64,000 nucleotides of DNA from Prasinococcaceae sp. CCMP 1430 (lineage: Eukaryota > Plantae > Prasinodermophyta): NCBI GenBank assembly GCA_013416795.1, contig RQSC01000004.1:500854-564853 (forward strand). Direction: 5' to 3'. The translations under genes and the position numbers were made by a program. This document shows positions 33,965 to 44,341 of this stretch, one piece after another; within the stretch, counting starts at the first letter, position 1, and every line of letters starts with the position of its first letter. The notes below the pieces were generated by a model. The model had not been told where the DNA came from and did not search any database. It saw only the letters and a list, made by a program, of their open reading frames with translations.

Positions 33965-34834
33965 NGCCGGGCTGCCGCCGCGACTGCGGCCCGCTCCGCG
34001 CGGCGGGGGGAGGCGCCAACCCGTCCCCCGAGGCGCCCGGGGCCGCGCACACGCACGCGAATTTTGCGAATCGCGTCTGATTGTCTCCCGTGGTCAGATA
34101 TGACATCATTTCATAATAGGTTACGATGTGGTTGGCGGCGGTGGCGCCGGCGCGTCGTCGAAGGACTGAATCGGCGATTCGGGGCGAATCGGCGCGATCG
34201 AAGCACGGTCGTCCTCACACCACACAACCTCACCGACAATTTCTGATCCCGCTCCTCGGAGGAGTGTCCGGGCGCGCGGGGTTTGGAATGAGTGGCGTCG
34301 CAAAGAGGCGGACTCTTTTCCTGCGATGCGCTCGGATCGGACGCCCCCACGCCTCGAGAGCGCCTCGATCGAGCCGCTCGATCACAGCGCAGGCATCGAT
34401 GAATGCGTGCACACACGAGATCTGATAGTGCTGGTTGTGGAGTACTGTAATGTAATTGGACGCGACTGGTCCTGTGATTGGACACGTGTACGAACGTCGA
34501 GGCTTCCAGGTGGCACGCACGTGGATGCGCCTGCGGTCACTTCACCAATGCCTGGAACCCATTCTGGTGCCTACCATGGATATATACATATCACTCTAGA
34601 ACTACAGTACTTTTGAGTCCCTTATCACTTTGTGGGATGGGTAGTGCGGCGTCATCCCGTGGCCGGTGGGACCGCCGCTGGCCACTCGACGCAGGCACTC
34701 GTTTGGGAGGCCACGTGCCTGACTCGCGCCCTGCGGGGGTGGCGCGACTCTGCGTGCGACGAGCACCTGCCCACCGCCTGGCCGCCGCGGGGCGAGGCAC
34801 GGCGCCAGGCGAAGGGAGGGGGTGGCAGTGGGAG

Positions 34835-36245
34835 ATGGCATCCGCGGCGCAGACGCGCGGCGCGCCCCTCATGGCTGCGCTCGGCGCGCGGCGCCATGGA
34901 GGAGCCTCCCGCCGCGCATGGCGTGCCATGGCGAGGGCGGCGAAGACGCCGCACGCGGCCGTTCGGCGCGGGCCCGGCGGGGCTGGCCGCGGCGCTCGCG
35001 CTGCGGCGCGCGGGCCTCAGCGTGGCTGTGTACGAACGTGCCTCGCGTCTCGACAGGAGCGCCGGCACGGGCGTCGCGATCTGGCCCAACGGCACGAGGG
35101 CACTCACCCTGCTCGATGCACGCGCATCCGCGCAGCTCGAGCGCGACGGATGCGAGCTCACCGGCGTGCTCGCGCCAGGTATGGAGACTGTGCCTTTCCC
35201 GGTGCGCGCGATGCATGGTGGCGCCCCTGCTGTGATGGTGCAGTGGTCAGCGCTGCAGCGTCTGCTGTTGGAGCGCTGCAGTTGCGGCTCCGATGGAGGC
35301 GATGTTCGATCCCGGCCAGTGTCTGTGACGCTGGGCGCGGAGGTGGCAAGTATCGAAGCGCTCCCTGACGACAGCGTGGCCTTGCTAGGCGCGTCGGGTG
35401 ACTCGCTCGGCACCGCCGACATCGTCGTGGGCGCCGATGGGATCCGCTCGCGCGTGCGCGCGGCGGCGGGCTGTCATGCGGAGGTGCTTGACGGCGGGAG
35501 GAGGCTGGTGCGCTCTGTGGTACCGCGCGCGAAGCTCAGCGGCGCCGCTGCCAAGTTTCCGCGCGGGACCAGCGCCTTGTGGGGAGGCAAGGAGAGCGGC
35601 GCCACCTTATGTCTCATGGACGTCGGGCAAGACTGCTTTTACTGGGCCGCGGGCTTGCTCGATGGCTCAGACGTGTCAGCGGCGGCGAATGACGTGCGTG
35701 CCCTCGCTGAGAGCGTCGCATCTGAGGCGGAGGCATCTGGTGAGGGACTTGGGCCCATCATGGGTGAGATTGTGCGTGATGCTGTGGCCGCGACGCAGCA
35801 CGTTTACGACAACCGCAGCCTTAGCATCCCGCCTCAATTCGACTCGCCTTGGGAAGCGTCGGCCGGCGGCGCGATCACGCTCTGCGGCGATGCCATGCAC
35901 GCTGTGGTGCCCAGCGTCGGCCATGGCGCCTGTCTGGCCCTGGAGGACGCCGTGGTCCTCGGTCGCCATGTGGCTGTCGCCGTTAGGAACGGCGGCTCAG
36001 CGGCGGATTTAAGGGCGGCACTGCGTGCGTACGAATCGGCGCGTCTGCCGCGCACCGCACAGGCTCAGATACACAGCTGGAAGCAGGGCGAGAAGTCGTA
36101 TGGCCGTGCGGGAGACGAATTTGATTCGATGGCACGTGACCTAAGCGAGTATGGCCCGGGCCTTGAGGGTGTACAAAACTGGCTGCTGCAGTGGGACGGC
36201 CAGGGTGATGGCGAGCTCAGCAATGCTGCGTTTGGCGACGAGTGA
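34835..36245 (+). CDS. FAD-dependent monooxygenase (salicylate hydroxylase/zeaxanthin epoxidase-like superfamily), transit-peptide-like N-terminus, frameshift at ~34963
   Basis: HAAV then GAGPAGLAAALAL in a different frame; AVYERA, GVAIWPNG, VVGADGIRSRVR, LCGDAMHAVVPSVGHGACLALEDA, LRAYESAR. Confidence 0.85.
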
Positions 36246-36364
36246 TGCAGGCGTCACTTCGAAGTAGATGGAGCGCGCGACTTAATGGCGTCTAATGTGT
36301 GCTGTATGTGCACGCACGACTATGTCCACGATCCTCGTTCGTCCCCCCACGCGAGCGCGTGACG

Positions 36365-38548
36365 CTACGCGTCCTCGGCGCCGCTGCCGCTCGCGCCGCC
36401 CTCAGAGGCGTTGTCCGCTCCGTCCTCGGCACCGCTGCTCGCGCCGTCGTCCGAGTCGTCGTCGGGTCCGTACTGGATGTATCCCATGTCGATCAGGTGC
36501 TGGATGATCTGCCCGACCTCGATGCCTCCGCCTCCCGCCGGGCCGTCGCCGTCGCTGTCGCTCAGATCACCGTCGCCATAATCGCTGTCGCTTCGACCGC
36601 TGCTCTCAGCGTCGCCCGCGCCCGAATCCACGCCGAAGGCGCCGCACCAGTCGGGGACGCGCGCCCGCGTGAGCTCCCTGTACTCCCTTCGCCTGTCATT
36701 GGGCGTGTCGAGCGGCGCGAGCTCCGCCAGCATGGTGTCCCCCATCGCGCGCAGATCGTACGCCCAGCCGCCGAAGAGCACCAACCGGTGGCCGCCCAGG
36801 AGCGCGAGCGCCGGCGACAGGCGCGGGTGCACCGCCTGCGGGGCGGGCCGCTCGTCGTGAGGCGGCTCCTTGGCGAGCACGGCGTTCTCTACAGCGCACA
36901 CGCGGCAGGCGACCTCCAGTCCTTCGCCCACGCCAAGGGCGGCGCCGATTCGAAACTCGAGCACGTGCACGCGCCCGGACGATTCGAGGCCGCCGCCGAC
37001 GAGCAGCATGCGCGCGCGTTCGCCACCGTCGGGTTGTGCGCACGGCAGTTGCACGGCCGCGTGGCATCGCCCGCCGACACGAGGAGGCAGCTGGCGCTCG
37101 GCGTTCGGGCCAATACTGGCGGGGTGCCAGCGGCTCTCGGCCAGGTCAAAAAGCCACGCGTCGTGCAGGTCGCCGCCCTCGCGGAGCAGGTCGCCGCCGT
37201 TTCCCCCTCCCACCAATAATACCCGTCCCGAGGACGTCACGCACATGCTGTGGCCGAAGCGCGCAGGCGGGACCTCCCCGACCACCTCGCTGCCCGCGTC
37301 GCCCACCAGTCGCCTCCACTGCCACACGCCGCTCTCCGCCCCGACGTCCAGCGCCCACAGGTCGTTGCACGCGAGGCTCGCGCCCTCGGCGATGCCACCG
37401 CTCACGTACATGACCCTTCCGATGTCGTCGGCGCACGCGGCGTGGTAGCCGCGCGCCGGCGGCCAGCCGTGCACCTCGTCGGGACGCGCGCAGATCTCGA
37501 AGAACTCAAGCGGATAGTGCGACAGGGAGGCGTGCTGCCCACCTGCCGGCGGGGGTGGCGGGGCGTGGCTCTCCGTCGCCCAGCGCAGCGCTTCGAGGTC
37601 ATCGACCTCCCCCGAATACCCGCCGCCCCGCATGCCGCCGAATCGAACGACGACACTCGAGCCATCTGCGAGGCGCAGCGTCACGGCACTGTGGCCATAC
37701 ACGTTGCGCGGGGTGACGGCATTGGCATTGCCCCTCTGCGGTAGGGTCACTTGGTGCCACGCTCGCTCGAACTCCCGGTGCCTGCCTGGCGTGGGCGCAG
37801 CGCGGCGAAGGTCGAGGACGTGCACGTCCGCGCGGATGCCGAAGTCAGTGAAGCCGCCGAGAACGACGGCGACGCCGTCGAGATTCACGGCGGCGTGGCC
37901 CTCTCGCCGGGAAGGCGTCTGGCCGCCTGCCGCCCTCGCGCCGCTCTGGCAGGAGCGAGGGCGGTGCCAGCGCGCACGAATGCCGCCCGCGTCGCGCAGC
38001 GCGTCGCCGCGGCGGCACAGCTCGATCCACGGCGCGCTTTCGGCAGCGCTCTGGAATGCACCCCCTGCCTCGCCCTCGGGGCGTTCGGCGCCGCCTGCCT
38101 CCGCCACCGAGCGCGCGGCCGTGGCACGCATCTCCTCTGGAAGCCACGCGAACTGCAGGTCAGCGCAGCGCTCCCACAGCCGCGCGTCGCCCGCCGCGTC
38201 GCGCCCCCGCGTGCACGTCGCTGCGAACGCGCCCACGGTGCCGCGGTCGCGCGCGCCATCACCGCCGAAGCGCTCGCCCCCCTCCCTGGCGCCCTGGCTG
38301 GCTGGCGGGCGCCACTGTGGCGCCGTGCCGCACTGCGGCCCCCCCGAGCGCGCCGCCAACGCCAACGACACAACACCCAGCGCCCGGCAAAACAAAACCA
38401 AAGCCGCCAATCCAAGCGGTACGCACCACCGCACATCAAAATGAAAGCTTTCATCGCCCGCCGGGGGAGACACTACTGCTCTCCCGTTGGCGGGTTCCCT
38501 GCGCGACCAAAGGGGCGCCGAACGCGGAACAGCGCCCGGCGTCGGCAT
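36365..38548 (-). CDS. Kelch-repeat beta-propeller protein, possibly F-box-containing; 5' structure uncertain
   Basis: PSRREGHAAV..VVLGG, YGHSAV..VRFGG, PPARGYHAAC..YVSGG, PPARFGHSMC..LLVGG, LVLFGGW; weak F-box-like FAATC..DARLW. Confidence 0.8.
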   Translation of the reverse strand: MPTPGAVPRSAPLWSRREPANGRAVVSPPAGDESFHFDVRWCVPLGLAALVLFCRALGVVSLALAARSGGPQCGTAPQWRPPASQGAREGGERFGGDGARDRGTVGAFAATCTRGRDAAGDARLWERCADLQFAWLPEEMRATAARSVAEAGGAERPEGEAGGAFQSAAESAPWIELCRRGDALRDAGGIRARWHRPRSCQSGARAAGGQTPSRREGHAAVNLDGVAVVLGGFTDFGIRADVHVLDLRRAAPTPGRHREFERAWHQVTLPQRGNANAVTPRNVYGHSAVTLRLADGSSVVVRFGGMRGGGYSGEVDDLEALRWATESHAPPPPPAGGQHASLSHYPLEFFEICARPDEVHGWPPARGYHAACADDIGRVMYVSGGIAEGASLACNDLWALDVGAESGVWQWRRLVGDAGSEVVGEVPPARFGHSMCVTSSGRVLLVGGGNGGDLLREGGDLHDAWLFDLAESRWHPASIGPNAERQLPPRVGGRCHAAVQLPCAQPDGGERARMLLVGGGLESSGRVHVLEFRIGAALGVGEGLEVACRVCAVENAVLAKEPPHDERPAPQAVHPRLSPALALLGGHRLVLFGGWAYDLRAMGDTMLAELAPLDTPNDRRREYRELTRARVPDWCGAFGVDSGAGDAESSGRSDSDYGDGDLSDSDGDGPAGGGGIEVGQIIQHLIDMGYIQYGPDDDSDDGASSGAEDGADNASEGGASGSGAEDA

Positions 38549-38863
38549 CGAGCGGGCGCGTGCGGCGCAGCGGCGGGACGCGGCGGGGCGCTGCGCACTG
38601 ACCCCAAGGCGCGTGGGCGCCTCCGCCTAGAGCGCGCGCACGTCCGTAGGCGGGCGCACAAGTGCGCGAGCGAGCTCGCACACGAGTCGGCCCCGGGAGT
38701 CTCAGACATGGGTCCACTGTAGGTAGATATACAACTTGTGTCCTTTAGTACATACCACACTGCGTCTTCGGCGCCTTCCGCGGCGGTGCAGCGTTCTCGC
38801 GCGAGCCAATCACGGGCCGCCATACTCGAGCGTGCCGTGCAGCGACGCTCTCGCCCCGTCGGC

Positions 38864-41800
38864 CTACGTCGCGTCGCGCGCGCGGTCATCGTCGACGGCG
38901 GTGTCGCCGCCGGTCGTCGCACTCTCGGGCGAGGTGGCTTGACGCTGTGGCGTGCGCCCGGCGGAGGCGATGCGGACCACGCTGGTCAGCGCCGTGTCCC
39001 TCGCCTCGTGCAGGTCCAGTACCACTACGAAGGCCGACGCGCAGCCCTCCTGCGTGAGCGCGAGGGTCACCGCGCTCACGTCGAAGCCCTCAGCGGTGCC
39101 TGAGGCTCCTGCGCGAGCGAGGGAATCCGCCAAAGCGAGAGCGAGAACGCGCGCGCGCGGTCAGCACCAGCTCGCGCGAGCGGCACGTTAGGGGGGTGAA
39201 GGGGTGCAAGGGGGGAAAGGGGGTATAGCCTCATCGCGCGCCGCCCACCTGCGTCGGCTCGTCTCCTCTCGGCGAGTGCCTCATCCGCTTCCCTGGGCTC
39301 CTTGTCCCCGCCCTGCGCGGCGGCCGACGCTGCCTCGGAGAGCGCCCTCTCTTCAGCAGCCTTGAGCGCGTCCTGCGACGAGATGCTCCACACCGAGTCC
39401 ACGCACGCACTCTGATCTAGGTCTGATAGCACGAAGTCGCGTATGTGCTGCGCCGTCGCCAGCGAAAACACGCGCAGAGTTGGCGGCAACGTCTGCGGCG
39501 CGTAGACGAGGTAATCCGACCCCACGCCCATGAGCTGCTCGGTGACGCAGAACACAATCCGCGGCAGTGAGATCGAGTCTGCAGCGTGCTTGCCGCGGCC
39601 TAACTTGCCATGGCGCTTCTTGCCACCTCTCCCCGCCTTGCGCCCCTTCTCTGCAGCGCGCCTCTTCGCCGCCCCGAGCATCTGCGCGTCCGCCCTTAGC
39701 TCCGCCTTCGAGCGCAGCACGTCGATGCGCGGCAGGTCGCACCGAGCCCCGTCGGCGGTCACGGTCACCGAGATAAAGCTGACGTGCGGAAACGTGCCGT
39801 GGCCAAAGTCTGGCGGGCGCACCACCGCGCCCAGCACGAGCTCATGCCCAGAGGGAGTGAGGAGCGCGCTGCACACCGTCGTGTCACCTCCCACGCACTT
39901 GAAATGCTGCTGCATGACGGCCGTGATGATGCCGTGTTGGTCCTTGCGTATCAGGTGCAGGCGCTCACCCTCGGGGAGCAATCGTTCGCGCGCAGCGTTG
40001 GACGTGCGAGGATCCTCCTTGTCGGCCACCGTGAGCAAAGAGGGACCCGTGAGTGGCAGCACCACCGCCGTCTCAGCGCCTCCTCCCTCTGGGCGCACGA
40101 GCCACTTTGCGCCGGCGCGGTCCATCTCCCTGTACACTGCCAGCTCGCCCCCGCCGCTGCCGCCGCCCACGTCGCCTTCGCCCCCCGCACTGCCCGGGCC
40201 TCCGCGCCCGCGCCGACCTTTGTTGAAGAACCGCCCTTGGCGTCCGCCGGCGCCCGCCGCCAGGCTCTTCATGTTGGCAAAGCCATCGCGTGCTTCTAGC
40301 AGGCGTCGCTCGGCGTCCTGTGCGATTGTCCTTGCAGAGTCGAATGCGGCCTGCGCAGCTTTGAGCTCTGACTGCTCGCCTCCTTGGTCTGCCACGGCCT
40401 GCTCGTCTCGCGCGCTTGCCTTCCTCGCCGCCTTGAGCCTATTGCGCGCCTTCTTGAGCCTTCTCTCCGCCGCCCTGTGTTCTGCCTCCGCCACGTCGAT
40501 GTCAGACGCGGCGGCGACGTTGGGGTAGACGGTGCGAGGGGCATGCACAGGCGCGAGGGTTTCCAGCCGACGTGGTAAGCGCCACACGGCCGAGGGAGAG
40601 TACCATCCAAATCCAGTGCGCGCGGCGTCCCCCTGTGGCCATACGACCACCACGCCGTCCATGTCCACCGAGACCATGCACGCGCTGTCGGGTAGGAAGC
40701 CAATGTACACGACGTAGGCGTTGTGTGCGCGGTAGACGCTCGCAGCGTGCGCGGTGTCGTTGAGCTCAAGCGTCGGGAGCATGGTGTCCACCTCAGCCTG
40801 CGACAGGACCTTGCCCGCGCCGTGCCCGCTGCCGTGCGCGGCCAAGCTCCCGCGCATGAGATCAGTCTCGCGCTCCCGCTCACGCACGGCCTCTGCGTCC
40901 CCATCATGAATCTTGCCCAGCGCGTCGGTGAGCAGCTGTTCCGTGCCATCCTTTGCACCCACGCACAGGCGCACGATGTCGCCGTTGAGCGCCGCCACAA
41001 CGACGTACGGCTGCGTGGCGACCACGCTGAAGGATGGGTGGAAGCAAGGGGGCGTGCGCACGTACGAAATCGCACCGTGCAGCGCGCCTCTCACTTCGCC
41101 GTCAGCCCCCTCGTCCTCGCCGCCAAGCCGCCCCCTGCCCTCAGGAACCTCAGAGTACACGTCCGCCTCGTCGGCGATGCTCATCTCGTAGTCTGCCTCA
41201 TCAATTGCGTCTGGCAGGGCCTGATCGGGAGGCAGCGTGGTGGGGGGCGCAAGGCGCGTGGCGACGCCCATCGCGCTGCGCTTGCCGGTGACGCCGGTGG
41301 CCACGGAGAGTCCCGCGTCCGATGCGCCGTCTCCCACATGGCCGTCGGCGAGCGACCAGCCTGCTTCAGAGCGGCCGCTGGTCGGCACGGCGGCGGCGGC
41401 GGCGACCTTGTTGGCCTTCCTCGCCCGAAGGCCGCCGAAGAAGCCGCCCGAGGTTTTGGGCGCGGGTGGTTTCGGCGGCCTCCTCGCGCCCCCGCCCGCC
41501 TCTCGCCGTTCCCTCATTCTCTGTGCCTCTTTCGCCGCCTGAGCCGAGCTCTCGAACCTGCCCTTGATTCCAAAAGCATGCTTCATCTTCTTGAGCCGCT
41601 GCTCGATCTGCATCTGCTTGATCTCCCTCAGGCGCTGCTTGGCCGCGCCGTCCTTCACGGCCTCGACGATCTCGTTGGCGCCCTTGATGCCCGGCGATAT
41701 CGACGTCGAGGGGATCTGCGTGACGCGCACGGTGCTCGTGAGCGCCATGAGGCCGAGGGCATAGCTCTCGTCGCCGAAGTGTTCGGCCTTGGCGCCTTTG

Positions 41801-43480
41801 AATCGCCACACTCGCACGGTGCCCTCCACGTCCGTGGTGGCCAGCTGGCGCTGGTCGACGCTCCACGCCATGCCAACCACTGCACACGTGCCCGTACTCG
41901 GAGGCACCTCCCAACGCCGCTTCTTGCCCCACCACCAGCGCGCTCGCTCGTGCTCGCAGTGTCGGATGCGCGCTGGCGGAGAGCGCCGCAGGTCGTACAC
42001 GAGCACGTCGCCTTCGCTCGTCCCCACCGCCAGCAGGCGCCCAGTGGGAGAAGGACGCACGCAAGACACCTTGTGGCGCGAGCCAGCAGATATCGCAGAG
42101 GCGCCGCGCTTCCCGCGGTCCGTGGCGTAGAGCCGTACATTGGCCCAGAAGGCCCTTTCCGCCCCCTTCGCCACCTCCGTGTGCTTCTCCCTCGGCCAGT
42201 CAGGCGAGCGCAGCAGCGTGTCCTTCGAGTCAACGGCCATCGCGCCAAACATGCTGTGCCTGGCCGCTGAGCCATCACGCGCCGATTCGGTCGCGCCCTC
42301 CTCGCGCACGCGCTCCGCGTACCGGCGTCTGGCGCGCATCTCTGTCGCCATCGCAACCATGCCGCTGTGGAGCCGCTCGTGCACAATCACGCTCGCTTTG
42401 TCCTTGCGATCTCCGCGCGGCAGGCCCCCGAGCCCCCCGAGCTCCTCATCTGAGCTCTCCGACTCGCTGTCCTCGCTGTCGCTTTCGGATTCCTCCTCCG
42501 CAGTGAACAAGCTATCGTCCCACTGCTGGGCTCTCTCACGCGTGCGCGCACCGTCGAGCTCCATCGCGATCGCCAGCTCAAGGTCGCCCTCCACGTTCCC
42601 CTCCGAGGCAGCGGGAGCCGCCGCATCCGCGCCTGTGACGTCCGCACCTGCCACACCTCCTGCCCGCGCGAGCGTCCACATCTTCTCGGAGGCATCGCCT
42701 AAGGACGGGCCGGCCTCGAAGTTCGACAGCGCGGAGGCCGCCAGCAGGTTGACACCGAAGCTGACATGCGCCTGTGCGCCGGCGACTATCTCGGCGCGCG
42801 CGTTGCGCACAACCGTGATCACCTCCTCACGGATGAGCTCGTCGAGAAGCACGCCCGCCATGGCGTCGCGCCACTGATGCGCTCGCGCGCGCCAAGCCTT
42901 TCTGTCCTCGAGCGTTTGCTCCCGAGTGGGCTTCGCCTCGGAGACCTCCACCGCGCGGTCCACGATGCTCTCGAAAAGCACCGCCATGACGCGGGCGCGC
43001 ACGGGAAGCAGGTGCTCCGGGTAGGACTTGGGACCGAGCGAGCCGTCGTACGTCCGCTCTCGCGCCTCCACCGCGCGCTGGCGCCGTGCGGCCGTGAGAT
43101 CCGCGCGGCGGCGCGCGGCTTCGATCGCGCGCTCGTGCTCGTCCATTCCGCGTTGCAGGCTCGACACGTAGTGACCGATCTGCACGAGGTTCAGCGGGCC
43201 GTCGGGGAGCACCGGCGCGGGCGCGAGCAGCGCGCTGCTGTCTGCCTCACCCACGGGCGCGCCCGGCGCCACGTCCTCGTCCTCTTCGCTGTGCTGCGCC
43301 TGCCGCTCCTCGAGGTATTTCTTTTGCGTCTGCTGCCGCCTCAGCGAGCGGTGCCGCTTCTGCGTGCGCTTCGCGTTCCGCTGCATCGCCTCCATGACGG
43401 CGTCGCGTCGCGTCTCGAGCTCGAGGAGCGCGGCCTTTACGGCAGCCGAGGCGGATGCGCGCTCGGCGTCGCGCGCGCCA
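38864..43480 (-). CDS. Large WD40-containing protein with N-terminal coiled-coil/helical region; intron 39248-39109; 5' end uncertain
   Basis: VSCVRPSPTGRLLAVGTSEGDVLVYD, GMAWSVDQRQLATTDVEGTVRVWRF, YRAHNAYVVYIGFLPDSACMVSVDMDGVVVVW, SALLTPSGHELVLG; phase-1 splice gives DA|GASGTAEG. Confidence 0.75.
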
Positions 43481-43559
43481 ACGACGGACGCGACCACGCC
43501 CGCCGCGCCGTGGCCCGGCACGGCCCCCGCGGCCGCCACCGACCTCACGAAGCGCGCGC

Positions 43560-43890
43560 GCGGGGTGGTGCCCTGCAGCTGCCCCCGCGCCCGCCGCGCA
43601 GCCGCGCAGTCCCAGCTCGGCGAGGCACTCACCGAGCTCGTGCTGCGCCAGCTGTGCGTGCAGGGCGACATCTTCCTGTCGGAGGACTCGCGCCGCGCGT
43701 ACGCCGTCGCGCACCTGCAGGCCGTGCTCGCGTGGGCCTCGCCGCCCGCCGAGCTCGCGGCGGCGGCTGCCGCGAGCGCCCCAGGTGCCGAGGAAGAGCT
43801 GCGCTCGGCCACCGCGTGCCTGTGCGCGGCTGCTCGCCAGTGCGGGGCGGCGGCCGAGGCGGTTGACGCAGTGCTGGGCGCGGTCTTCCC

Positions 43891-43928
<38 letters not shown>

Positions 43929-44243
43929 GCGCGCTCGACGCGATGGCCGCGCTCGCTATAGAGTGCGCGCGTCACGGTGGCTGCGACTGGGAGCGCGAGG
44001 ACTGGTCGAGCGAGTGCTGCCAGGCGCTGCTCGAGGCGCTGGGCAACCTCGCGTCGCCGCCGCCGGTGCTCTTCGTGGGCATGCGCGGCGCGGGCGGCGG
44101 GGGCGGCGTCGCGTCGGCGCGCGCCAAGGCGGCCGCGTTCGCGGCGTTCGAGGGCTTCGTGGGCGCGAGCCTTGCGATGGCGGCGGCGGGTGCCGACGAG
44201 GATGAGGACGTGCACGAGGGCGCGGCCGCGCGCGTGGCCGCGN
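43560..44243 (+). other. Internal fragment of an exportin-4-like HEAT-repeat gene, no start or stop, ends at n
   Basis: LRQLCVQGDIF..HLQAVLAWASPP..EEELRSATACL, EDWSSECCQALLEA and FEGFVGASLAMAAAGADEDE follow the order of motifs I recall from plant exportin-4 (QFCSLTGTIF..LQWIDPP..ESEMLDGCRAL..ETWSWEARDILL); recognition from memory, not from a search. Confidence 0.55.
43891..43927 (+). repeat. (CAG)12 poly-Gln tract
   Basis: Direct reading; QQQQQQQQQQQQ in the exportin-like frame. Confidence 0.95.
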
Positions 44244-44341
44244 GGGGGTGGAGGGGGAGGAGGAAGAAGGGGGAGGAGGAAGGGGGGACCGCGTTGTTCC
44301 TCCGCAGGTTAAGGGAGCCGCGGCCCTCCCTCCCGCGAAGG

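Noticed and set aside
34395-34406. gcatcgatgaa resembling the 5.8S rRNA motif
   Set aside because: Only 11 nt match; the flanks do not follow 5.8S.
7506-36245. Relaxed codon usage of the JmjC and monooxygenase genes as a sign of HGT
   Set aside because: Consistent with low expression; no prokaryotic signals, and eukaryotic targeting peptides are present.
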